From: Candidatus Kaiserbacteria bacterium
GTDB lineage: Bacteria; Patescibacteriota; Minisyncoccia; Phycocordibacterales; UBA918
Direction of reading: 5' to 3'
DNA length: 49,430 nucleotides
Assembly: GCA_020428685.1 (NCBI GenBank)
Contig: JAGQMJ010000002.1
Location: 1-49,430, forward strand
A model generated the notes under the pieces. The model did not search any database. It was not told the origin of the DNA and saw only the letters and a program-made list of their open reading frames with translations. The stretch's first letter is position 1. The number at the start of each line of letters is the position of its first letter. Of this stretch, positions 33,633 through 42,478 are shown piece after piece. A program made the position numbers and the translations under genes.

Positions 33633-34691
33633 ATGGAATCAACACTCATTACAGTATTAGTGCCAGCTTTAATGGCTTTTGCTATTGGTATTTTCATCAC
33701 ACCAGCCGTTACTCATTTTTTATTCAAATATAAAGTCTGGAAGAAACAAGGTGGCAAGGTAGCCATGGGTGGACACGAGGCGATAGAGTTCAACAAACTA
33801 AAGGGCGACGAGGAGACCAAGACACCCCGCATGGGAGGAATTGTCATCTGGCTCAGCGTACTACTTACAATCAGTATTACATTTTCACTGTCTTCACTTT
33901 TTCCAGATTCTTTTTTTGAAAATTTTAATTACCTCAGCCGTTCACAAACCTTCATACCGGTAGCCGCATTATTGGTCGGCGCCCTGATTGGTTTCTTAAA
34001 TGATTTTTATGATGTTACCAAAGGCGGAAAAGGACTTAAACTATCACTCCGTCTTATACTCATCACTTCTCTTGCCTCGATACTAGGCTGGTGGTTTTAC
34101 GCCAAATTAGGCATCGATTCTATCAGCGTACCTTTCAACGGTGATTTACATATCGGTATTTTCATAATTCCTTTCTTTGTTTTACTTACACTGGCGCTTT
34201 ATGCGAGCGGAGTAATAGATGGAATCGACGGCCTTTCTGGCGGTGTATTTGCGTCCATTTTTGGTTCATACGCCGGCATCGCCATTATTCAGTCGCAGTA
34301 TGACCTAGCAGCTTTTTGTGCCACAGTAGTCGGAGGTATTTTAGCTTTTCTTTGGTTCAATATTCCACCAGCTAGATTCTGGATGACCGAGACCGGCTCA
34401 ATGGCGCTCACGCTTTCTTTGGCTACAGTTGTATTTATGACAGACACTCTAGGCGAAGGAAACGGCATTGCATTATTGCCAATAGTAGGACTACCTCTTA
34501 TAGTCACCGTGCTGTCCAACATCATCCAGCTTTCATACCGCAAAGCAACTGGAAAAAAGTTTTTTCGCATCGCTCCAATCCACCACCACTTTGAAGCAAT
34601 CGGCTGGCCTTCATACAAGGTGACTATGCGCTACTGGATAATCAGCCTCATTTGCGCTGTTATTGGTGTAATAATCGCTACTGTTGCATGA
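33633..34691 (+). CDS. mraY: phospho-N-acetylmuramoyl-pentapeptide transferase
   Basis: It is polytopic, with DDFYDV, GVIDGIDGL and APIHHHFE motifs. Confidence 0.95.
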   Translation: MESTLITVLVPALMAFAIGIFITPAVTHFLFKYKVWKKQGGKVAMGGHEAIEFNKLKGDEETKTPRMGGIVIWLSVLLTISITFSLSSLFPDSFFENFNYLSRSQTFIPVAALLVGALIGFLNDFYDVTKGGKGLKLSLRLILITSLASILGWWFYAKLGIDSISVPFNGDLHIGIFIIPFFVLLTLALYASGVIDGIDGLSGGVFASIFGSYAGIAIIQSQYDLAAFCATVVGGILAFLWFNIPPARFWMTETGSMALTLSLATVVFMTDTLGEGNGIALLPIVGLPLIVTVLSNIIQLSYRKATGKKFFRIAPIHHHFEAIGWPSYKVTMRYWIISLICAVIGVIIATVA

Positions 34692-35806
34692 GTACCAAAA
34701 AACCAAAATCTGTAGACACGGTTTTGTTTGGACTGATTGGCTTGATGGTCGCAGCTGGATTTCTAATATTTTCTTCAGCGTCACTCGGATTGATGGCTCG
34801 TGATGGCGCCAGCTTTAGCTCGGTTGCTTTCAGCCAATTTGTCTTTGGTGTGCTAGGCGGTGGAGCAGTCTTGATGGTGGTAAGCAATATTTACTACCGA
34901 CAATGGCGCAAATACGCTTTTTACTTGTTTGTCGTTTCCTTACTTTTGACTTTAGCAGTTTTTATACCAGGCTTAGGAATGACTCACGCTGGGGCGACTC
35001 GCTGGCTCGATGTTGGTTTTACCACCGTACAACCTTCAGAGTTTCTTAAAATCGGTTTTATTGTTTACTTGGCCACCTGGCTTTCAGGCGTACATAACAA
35101 GATTGATAACTGGAAATACGGACTGATGCCATTTACTGGAATCGTTGGTGTAGTTGGTTTTGTCATGTTGCTACAGCCTGATACAGACACATTTATGATT
35201 ATGGGATTTGCTGGAATGGCCATGTATCTGGTTGCCGGCGCCAAGTGGCGTGATATCGCCATAATCGTACTTGGAGCAATTTTGATGCTAGCTGCGGTTG
35301 CCATGATGAGACCATACATCATGGATAGACTAACTACTTTTATGCACCCAGAAGCTGACCCACTAGGCAGCGGTTACCAGATCCAGCAATCACTTATCGC
35401 CGTTGGTTCAGGCGGTGTTACTGGCCGTGGCTTTGGACAGAGCATCCAGAAATTTGAATACTTACCAGAGCCAATAGGCGACTCAATATTTGCGGTCTAC
35501 GCTGAGGAATTTGGTTTTATTGGCACAATGTCACTGGTTTTGATATTGGTTTTCATGACATTGCGTGGGTACCGCACCGCCACTCAAGCTGAGGATATTT
35601 TTGGGACACTCTTGGTCGTAGGGTTTATGACCATCATTATCGCTCAGTCATTTTTAAATATCGGAGCCATGCTTGCGGTAGCTCCACTATCTGGTCTTCC
35701 ACTGCCTTTTATCAGTCACGGAGGAACATCGCTTATGGCCACACTAGCTTCGCTTGGGATAGTATTAAATGTGTCCAAGTATCGTACTTTACGAAAAACC
35801 TCGTGA
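34688..35806 (+). CDS. ftsW: SEDS family peptidoglycan polymerase (FtsW/RodA)
   Basis: QPSEFLKI, GDSIFAVYAEEFGFIG and PLPFISHGGTS motifs are present. An ATGA overlap couples it to mraY. Confidence 0.85.
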   Translation: MSTKKPKSVDTVLFGLIGLMVAAGFLIFSSASLGLMARDGASFSSVAFSQFVFGVLGGGAVLMVVSNIYYRQWRKYAFYLFVVSLLLTLAVFIPGLGMTHAGATRWLDVGFTTVQPSEFLKIGFIVYLATWLSGVHNKIDNWKYGLMPFTGIVGVVGFVMLLQPDTDTFMIMGFAGMAMYLVAGAKWRDIAIIVLGAILMLAAVAMMRPYIMDRLTTFMHPEADPLGSGYQIQQSLIAVGSGGVTGRGFGQSIQKFEYLPEPIGDSIFAVYAEEFGFIGTMSLVLILVFMTLRGYRTATQAEDIFGTLLVVGFMTIIIAQSFLNIGAMLAVAPLSGLPLPFISHGGTSLMATLASLGIVLNVSKYRTLRKTS

Positions 35807-35821
35807 TACACTGTTACTAAT

Positions 35822-36934
35822 ATGAGAATTGGATTTGTAGGTGGGGGAACTGGAGGTCATTTTTATCCATTGATGGCCGTAGCAAACGAATTAAATCAGC
35901 AAGCCGTCAAACCTGAGCTGTATTATTTTGGACCGTCCCCGTACAACCATGAACAACTCGAAAAGTACGGAATCAAGCACATTTATTGCCCAGCAGGGAA
36001 GTTGCGCCTCTACTTTTCAATTCAAAACATTATTGATATCTTCAGGAATTTTTTCGGGGTTTTTATAGCGATATGGAAACTCTACGTCTTATACCCTGAT
36101 GTTATTTTTAGTAAAGGTGGATACACCAGCGTACCAATCTTGACCGCAGCAAGATTGTTGAGCATCCCGGTAGTAATACACGAATCAGACGCCGTACCTG
36201 GACGAGCCAATAAAATGGCGATGAAATTTGCGAGATATATTGGGATTGCGTATGACGACGCAGCGCAGTTTTTTCCGCAGGAAAAAACTGCGCTCGTCGG
36301 CATTCCGCTCCGCCCAGAAGTAAAAGAGGTACCGGCAGACCCTTTTGCATTTTTAAATATCCCGAATGACAAGCCACTTATCTATGTAACCGGTGGCTCT
36401 TTGGGAGCTGAACGCATCAACAACATTATCATTCGCTCTCTTTCTGTACTTTTACCCAACTATAGAATCTTTCACCAAACTGGCTCTGCCAACCTAGAAG
36501 AATTAAAACTCACTGTCCAAACTCTGCTCGGAGATTCTCCATTACTGCAAAACTACTACCTCCAAGGAAGTGTCAGTGGCGAGACGGTTTCTGCCCTAAT
36601 GAGTGCCGCCTCATTGGTTATCACTCGAGCCGGAAGCACCACATTATTTGAAATTGCTTACCACGGTAAACCATCAATAGTTATCCCAATCCCAGAAGAC
36701 ATCAGCCGTGACCAGCTGACCAACGCCTACGCCTATGCGCGTACAGGTGCCGCCAGCGTAATCGAGGAACACAACCTAACCCAAAACTTGCTTGCTCAAG
36801 AAATAAACACTATTATCAGTAATCCAGAGCAGATAGAAGCAATGTCTAAAGCTGCCAAGGAAACATTTATCGGAGATGCTGCCACCAAAATCGCTAGCAC
36901 ACTTATTTCAATCGGAGATGAACATGGATCATAA
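35822..36934 (+). CDS. murG: UDP-N-acetylglucosamine--N-acetylmuramyl-(pentapeptide) pyrophosphoryl-undecaprenol GlcNAc transferase
   Basis: GGGTGGHFYP, HESDAVPG and VTGGSLGA motifs are present. Confidence 0.9.
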   Translation: MRIGFVGGGTGGHFYPLMAVANELNQQAVKPELYYFGPSPYNHEQLEKYGIKHIYCPAGKLRLYFSIQNIIDIFRNFFGVFIAIWKLYVLYPDVIFSKGGYTSVPILTAARLLSIPVVIHESDAVPGRANKMAMKFARYIGIAYDDAAQFFPQEKTALVGIPLRPEVKEVPADPFAFLNIPNDKPLIYVTGGSLGAERINNIIIRSLSVLLPNYRIFHQTGSANLEELKLTVQTLLGDSPLLQNYYLQGSVSGETVSALMSAASLVITRAGSTTLFEIAYHGKPSIVIPIPEDISRDQLTNAYAYARTGAASVIEEHNLTQNLLAQEINTIISNPEQIEAMSKAAKETFIGDAATKIASTLISIGDEHGS

Positions 36935-38381
36935 TAAAAAAGTAGTCACCAGATTCGCCCCTTCACCAACTGGTTTTTTGCATATTGGAGGCGTTAGAAC
37001 AGCTTTATTTGCTTACTTATTTGCCCGTAAAAACAACGGTACTTTTATTCTGCGTATCGAGGACACAGACAAAAACCGTGAAGTTGAAGGCTCTATTGAA
37101 CACATCAAAAAATCTCTCACTTGGCTCGGAATCGATTGGGATTTTGGTCCAAACAACCCTGGAGAATTTGTTTCCTGCCTCCAGTCAGACCGTCTGACTA
37201 TTTATAAAAAGTACGCAGAAAAACTCGTAGCTAAAGGGTTGGCATATCCTGACCCTTATACCGAGGAAGAAACAGCCAAATTCAGAGAACAAGCAGAAGC
37301 TGAAGGTAGACCTTTTTTGTTCCGAAATCACAGACCAGAAACTATAGAAGAATGGGACGGCACCAGACCACTTCGATTTAGAGTTCCTGAGATCAAGCGC
37401 TATGAGTGGAATGATGCTGTCCGAGGCAAACTAACAGCTGGCGAAGAAATGCTTGACGATTTTATTATTTTAAAATCAGACGGGTATCCGACATACAATT
37501 TTGCTCACATCATCGATGACCTAGAGATGGGAGTTACACACGTAATGCGTGGTGAAGAATTCATTTCTAGCACACCTCGTTTTCTTAGTCTTTACGATGC
37601 TCTTGAAATCGAGAGGCCTATTCTCGTTACTCTACCACCAATCATGGGCCCAGATGGCAAGAAAAAATTGAGTAAGAGAGATGGAGCCAAAGATCTGCTG
37701 GACTTTGAAAAAGACGGCTACCTACCCGAAGCAATGCGAAATTTTCTCGCACTCATTGGCTGGAACCCAGGAACAGACCAAGAAATATTTCCAGATAAAG
37801 AACTAGAAAATGCTTTTAGCCTAGAAAAAATCCAACGCTCTGGCGGAGCCTTCAACGAAGAAAAGCTTTGTTGGATGAACAAAAAATATCTTGAGCTAAA
37901 AGACGACGCTTTCAAAGCCAATTACTTTGAGGATTCGCTACCTGAAAGCATCAAATCACTACCACAATATTCTACCGAAAGACTGACCAAACTAGCACCA
38001 ACAGTCTTTGAAAGAATCCACAACAAGGTTGAGATCGTTGCAGCAGCTGAGGCAGGGGAGTACAGCTATGCTTTTTCAATCCCTTCATACGACACAGAAT
38101 TACTAAAGTGGAAAAATGACGACTCTGTCGCCTCTGCTTTACCAAGACTTGAGAAAGCCATGACATTTCTAGAGCAAGCTGACTTTGGATCGGAAGAAAC
38201 TATCAAAAACGCCCTTTGGGATTACGCAGAAGTGGTCGGGAGAGGGGAAGTGCTTTGGCCGCTTAGAGCCGCGTTATCTGGCTTAAAACAGTCACCAAAT
38301 CCATTTTCATTAGCATTTATTCTAGGAAAAGAGGAAACTCTCTCCCGAATCAAAACAGCTTGTGATAAAATAAGTGCATAA
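36924..38381 (+). CDS. gltX: glutamate--tRNA ligase
   Basis: RFAPSPTGFLHIGG (HIGH) and KLSKRDG (KMSKS) are present. Start is ATG36924 or ATG36918, overlapping the murG 3' end. Confidence 0.95.
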   Translation: MDHNKKVVTRFAPSPTGFLHIGGVRTALFAYLFARKNNGTFILRIEDTDKNREVEGSIEHIKKSLTWLGIDWDFGPNNPGEFVSCLQSDRLTIYKKYAEKLVAKGLAYPDPYTEEETAKFREQAEAEGRPFLFRNHRPETIEEWDGTRPLRFRVPEIKRYEWNDAVRGKLTAGEEMLDDFIILKSDGYPTYNFAHIIDDLEMGVTHVMRGEEFISSTPRFLSLYDALEIERPILVTLPPIMGPDGKKKLSKRDGAKDLLDFEKDGYLPEAMRNFLALIGWNPGTDQEIFPDKELENAFSLEKIQRSGGAFNEEKLCWMNKKYLELKDDAFKANYFEDSLPESIKSLPQYSTERLTKLAPTVFERIHNKVEIVAAAEAGEYSYAFSIPSYDTELLKWKNDDSVASALPRLEKAMTFLEQADFGSEETIKNALWDYAEVVGRGEVLWPLRAALSGLKQSPNPFSLAFILGKEETLSRIKTACDKISA

Positions 38382-39688
38382 TGCACATCAAACCGTTCGT
38401 AGCCTTCGTTCTGGGATTACTCATCCCTCAATTAATCTGGGTGAACACACCTGATGCTTTTGCGCAGTCCGAAATTGAAAAGCTTAAGAGCGAAATACAG
38501 AGCCGGAGCAACCGCTTGGCAGAGATTGAAGCTGAGATAGCAAAGTTTGAGTCAGACTTAAAAGTAGTCGGAGCAGAAAAGAAAACACTTCAGTCCGCCA
38601 TCAATCAGCTAGAAATTGAGCGTAAGAAAGTGGGGGCGGAAATATCAAAAACCGAAAACCTCATCACTTCGACAGACCTTGAAATCAACAAATTGATTTT
38701 GGAGATTTCAAGAACTGAGAAAGAAGTCGACTCAATTGAAGATGCAGTGGCTTCTATCATTCGTGCCGAATACAAGGCAGAGGAGGAATCTTTGATTGAA
38801 TTGTTACTCAAGCACGACAAGCTCTCAGAATTCTGGACTACCTTTGAAGCTTACGATAGCGTCCGAGCTACACTCTCCACAAAAGTGGCAGAACTTAATG
38901 AATTCCACACCTTACTCGAAGAGCAACGACAAGAAAACGAAAGTAAGCGAACTAGACTGAGTTCACTGAAAAATCAATACTCAGACCAAAACCAAGTCCT
39001 TGTAAGCAACAAGAATGAGCAGTCTAAATTACTCGAAGTTACAAAAAGCGAAGAAAAAAATTACCAACAACTTCTCGCCAGCCAGAGAGCAGCTCAAGAA
39101 CAAATTCTCAAGGAAATGAGGGACTTTGAGTCTAAACTCCAATTCATCTTGGACCCTAATACCATCCCGTCACCTGGGACTAGAGTTTTCGATTGGCCAC
39201 TTAAAAACATGGTAATCACTCAATACTTCGGCGGAACAGAATTCGCCGCTCGAAATTCTGCCGTTTATGGAGGCCGAGCATACCACCCTGGAGTAGACAT
39301 GGGTGCGCCAAGAGGCACCCCGATTTACGCTCCACTTACAGGGACTGTACGAGCAACAGGCAACACCGATGCAGTACCTGGCTGTTATTCATGGGGCAAG
39401 TGGACTCTAATTGACCATGCAAACGGACTTTCGACTCTTTATGCTCACCAAGATGTTATTGCAGTTTCAGCTGGTCAAAAGGTCACTACCGGAGAGATTA
39501 TTGGCTATGTAGGCAACACTGGCTTTTCTACTGGTCCACACCTACACTTCACCGTGTATGCTAAAAGCGGTGTGAATGTTCGTAAATTCAACGAAATCAA
39601 AACTGTCACTAGCTGTGGCCCGGCTTCTACACCGGTAGCAGCTACAGATGCATACATCGACCCAATGCTGTACTTACCACCAGAATAG
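38381..39688 (+). CDS. M23 (LytM) peptidase with N-terminal signal and long coiled coil (EnvC-like)
   Basis: HPGVDMGAPRGTPIYAP and GPHLHFTVY are present, preceded by a ~230-aa coiled coil. Confidence 0.85.
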   Translation: MHIKPFVAFVLGLLIPQLIWVNTPDAFAQSEIEKLKSEIQSRSNRLAEIEAEIAKFESDLKVVGAEKKTLQSAINQLEIERKKVGAEISKTENLITSTDLEINKLILEISRTEKEVDSIEDAVASIIRAEYKAEEESLIELLLKHDKLSEFWTTFEAYDSVRATLSTKVAELNEFHTLLEEQRQENESKRTRLSSLKNQYSDQNQVLVSNKNEQSKLLEVTKSEEKNYQQLLASQRAAQEQILKEMRDFESKLQFILDPNTIPSPGTRVFDWPLKNMVITQYFGGTEFAARNSAVYGGRAYHPGVDMGAPRGTPIYAPLTGTVRATGNTDAVPGCYSWGKWTLIDHANGLSTLYAHQDVIAVSAGQKVTTGEIIGYVGNTGFSTGPHLHFTVYAKSGVNVRKFNEIKTVTSCGPASTPVAATDAYIDPMLYLPPE

Positions 39689-39719
39689 GGTGACATATTT
39701 ACTATTTTCGGCAGTAATA

Positions 39720-41012
39720 ATGTGTGTGACGAAATTATCGACTAAATCAACTACTGTGCCAAACAAACCATTTGAAAACTATTTGGAGCTACTAAAAATT
39801 GCTGCTGCCAAAACATCGATTGAGTCTGACAAACTAAAAATTTTTTCTGAACCTGACAATATCTTTGAAACTAATATTGAATTCAAACTAGACAATGGTG
39901 AAATTAAAACTGTAAAAGCCTACCGAGTTCAGCACAACAATAGCCGCGGGCCATACAAAGGCGGAATCAGATTTCACCAGGATGCTGACCTGGAGGAAGT
40001 AAAATCTCTCGCCAGCTTAATGAGTCTGAAATGTGCAGTGGTAGACATTCCATTTGGTGGCGGAAAAGGTGGGGTACAAGTAGACCCTAAAAATCTCAGT
40101 CGCACAGAAATAGAAAGCATGTCTCGTGCATACATAAGAACAGCAACCGAAGCTGGTATCTTTGGTAGCAATAAAGACATACCAGCTCCAGATGTAAATA
40201 CATCTCCTGAAGTAATGGCCTGGATGCTAGACGAGTACGAGTCCATCGTTGGTCACAGCGAGCCAGCCATGATTACAGGTAAGCCAGTAGAAATAGGCGG
40301 CAGCAAAGGCAGAAGTTACTCGACCAGTCATGGCGGCTTTTTTGTATTAGAGCATTTACTTCAGCAGTACCTTGACGACAAACTGCCAGCAGACACAACC
40401 ATCGCTATTCAAGGCTTTGGCAATGCTGGAGCAGAATTTGCAACCAAAGCCCATAAACATGGTTACCGAGTAGTAGCCGTATCAGACTCACGAGGCGGCT
40501 CTCACTGTGAGCATATGTGTGACATCAGTCATTTGAATAACGTAAAAAAAGAAACTGGCTCTGTAGCGGTAAACAGTTCAAATATCAGCATCATTACGAA
40601 CGATGAACTATTGGAGCTAGACGTAGACATCCTTGTCTTGGCCGCACTCGACGGTGCAGTACACGCAAATAATGCAGATAAAATAAAGGCAAAAGTAATT
40701 CTAGAACTTGCCAACGGCCCAGTCACAATCAAAGCCGACAAGATACTGGAAGAAAAAGGGACTGTAGTCATTCCAGACATTTTAGCCAATGCTGGCGGAG
40801 TCACAGTTTCTTATTTTGAATGGATTCAAAATCGTTCAGGCGACCAGTGGGAAGAAGAGTTCGTTAACCAAAGACTAAAGGAAGTCATGGTGAAAAGTGC
40901 TCAAAATGTTTTTGAGACGGCCAACCATCACGACTGCTCGCTAAGAACCGCTGCCTTCATTCTAGGGATGAACAAAATAATAAGAGCATCAGAATTAAGA
41001 GGTAGAAAATAA
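39720..41012 (+). CDS. Glu/Leu/Phe/Val dehydrogenase family (glutamate dehydrogenase)
   Basis: PYKGGIRFH, PFGGGKGG, GFGNAG and GGVTVSYFEW motifs are present. The start is set at ATG39720. Confidence 0.9.
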   Translation: MCVTKLSTKSTTVPNKPFENYLELLKIAAAKTSIESDKLKIFSEPDNIFETNIEFKLDNGEIKTVKAYRVQHNNSRGPYKGGIRFHQDADLEEVKSLASLMSLKCAVVDIPFGGGKGGVQVDPKNLSRTEIESMSRAYIRTATEAGIFGSNKDIPAPDVNTSPEVMAWMLDEYESIVGHSEPAMITGKPVEIGGSKGRSYSTSHGGFFVLEHLLQQYLDDKLPADTTIAIQGFGNAGAEFATKAHKHGYRVVAVSDSRGGSHCEHMCDISHLNNVKKETGSVAVNSSNISIITNDELLELDVDILVLAALDGAVHANNADKIKAKVILELANGPVTIKADKILEEKGTVVIPDILANAGGVTVSYFEWIQNRSGDQWEEEFVNQRLKEVMVKSAQNVFETANHHDCSLRTAAFILGMNKIIRASELRGRK

Positions 41013-41015
41013 CTC

Positions 41016-41774
41016 GTGACCAATTTAATTATTACAGACCAACCAGCCAGGGAAGTAGGCGAACACATAAATAATATTATCCAAGATCACTATGGTGACG
41101 CAGTTGTGCTACTTGGAGGCGATGAAGCACTAGACATTGTTGAACACATCAAACCCGGCAAGAAATGTTTTCATCAAGAGTGTCAGAGCGACGCAACGCA
41201 AACTAAAGAAACTTATTGCCAACGAAGCGAATGTCGCACAATATTTATCATGGGGAATGAGCAGGTGAGTAGGGGGTCAAAAACTGGTAATTATTTGCAA
41301 CTGGTACAGAGATATGCCGACCATCCGGTAGTTAGTCTTACTATAGATACCAGCATCAATGACAACGAATCTATTAAAGATTTTTCAACTAGAATCGAAA
41401 ATACTTTTTTAGAAAAATTAACAGAGTTAAATAATCCAAAAATTATTTCAATTTTAAACATCTACGGCGATGGGCACATCGCAGGAATTTTTTCTATGAA
41501 TGAAGCGTCATTTCGTAAGACCTATCAGGATGACCTAACATACGTCTCGGTGCATGCAGAAGGCCTTAAAATCAATTCTAGAGCCTCATTTACACCATCA
41601 TGGATACTAAACAACGCTAATGAGCTAATTGGCTATGCGGTTGGATTGGACAAGAAAGATATCCTTGTAGGCATGAGTTTAGAAACAAAAAAGCTAAATG
41701 AGCGACCAGCTGAGCTGTTTAGTCTACACAAGCATTCATCTATCTATACAGACCAAGACATAGAGACGATGTAG
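41016..41774 (+). CDS. divergent 6-phosphogluconolactonase/NagB-superfamily protein (possibly non-catalytic)
   Basis: IYGDGHIAGIFS resembles GxGxDGHTASLFP, and IFIMGNEQV sits where GDERxV is expected. The start codon is GTG. Confidence 0.4.
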   Translation: MTNLIITDQPAREVGEHINNIIQDHYGDAVVLLGGDEALDIVEHIKPGKKCFHQECQSDATQTKETYCQRSECRTIFIMGNEQVSRGSKTGNYLQLVQRYADHPVVSLTIDTSINDNESIKDFSTRIENTFLEKLTELNNPKIISILNIYGDGHIAGIFSMNEASFRKTYQDDLTYVSVHAEGLKINSRASFTPSWILNNANELIGYAVGLDKKDILVGMSLETKKLNERPAELFSLHKHSSIYTDQDIETM

Positions 41775-42015
41775 GCCTCAAGAGGCCCACACAACCAGAC
41801 CCTTTATTTTCAATATGTACCTAGGTCTTAATGTCGCAAAAGATATATTGTGCGACATAAGGGAATATAGATAAGTAGCTCTTCTCTTTCTCTATCGGTC
41901 GGTAAGTATTAAATATTACCCACCCGCTTTTCATTCGCATCATCGACCAAAGACATTACTATTTCTTTGTCACCTACACCTCAACCTCAAACTCACGTTT
42001 CTGAATTCATTTATA

Positions 42016-42050
42016 TAAAAACAGCCGTCGGGTTGGGATCCGAACGGCTG
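42016..42050 (-). terminator. intrinsic terminator (minus strand)
   Basis: On the minus strand: cagccgt(t)cgg-...-ccgacggctg followed by TTTTTATATAA. Confidence 0.7.
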
Positions 42051-42159
42051 AGTTGTGTCTCCCCCACTTATTTGTGTGGGGTAAGAAATTTGGATTACGA
42101 GTTGCTTACACGCCGAGCCACCAGCTCTGGCGAAGCTGCTCGCTGAATCTGCACCGGCA

Positions 42160-42384
42160 TCAGCTTGAATGCTTCTTGCGCACACAATCAGCCAAGGCAT
42201 CATGAAAATTGTGCAGACCTTGATCAACTGCCGCTCTAGCGACGTCGTGAGTCGCCTCCGAAATTGCAATGGCCATGTCTCGATTGGCACCGAGAATCAC
42301 ACCCGCAGCATGCGCTGCACCTTCTGCCAGCTTACACTGCATATCGGCAAAGCCGAAGTGATCCAAATCATCATGAGTAATCAT
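42160..42384 (-). CDS. His/Asp-rich 74-aa hypothetical protein (predicted helical)
   Basis: SD GAGGAG lies 7 nt before the ATG. Hand-counted GC is higher than in neighbouring sequence. Seven His residues include HDDLDH and HNFHD. Confidence 0.55.
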   Translation of the reverse strand: MITHDDLDHFGFADMQCKLAEGAAHAAGVILGANRDMAIAISEATHDVARAAVDQGLHNFHDALADCVRKKHSS

Positions 42385-42478
42385 ACTACTGTCTCCTCTA
42401 TTTTTTTAACAAGAACAAATCACCGACAATCAATCGGCCGTTAAAAGTATATTACATTACACATTTAGTCAATGATTT

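Noticed and set aside
41970-42444. Overlapping ORFs 41970-42290 (-) and 42169-42444 (+) around the His-rich gene.
   Set aside because: They are alternative frames or the antisense of the SD-led 74-aa gene. One runs through two hairpins and the terminator. Neither has initiation signals or recognisable sequence.
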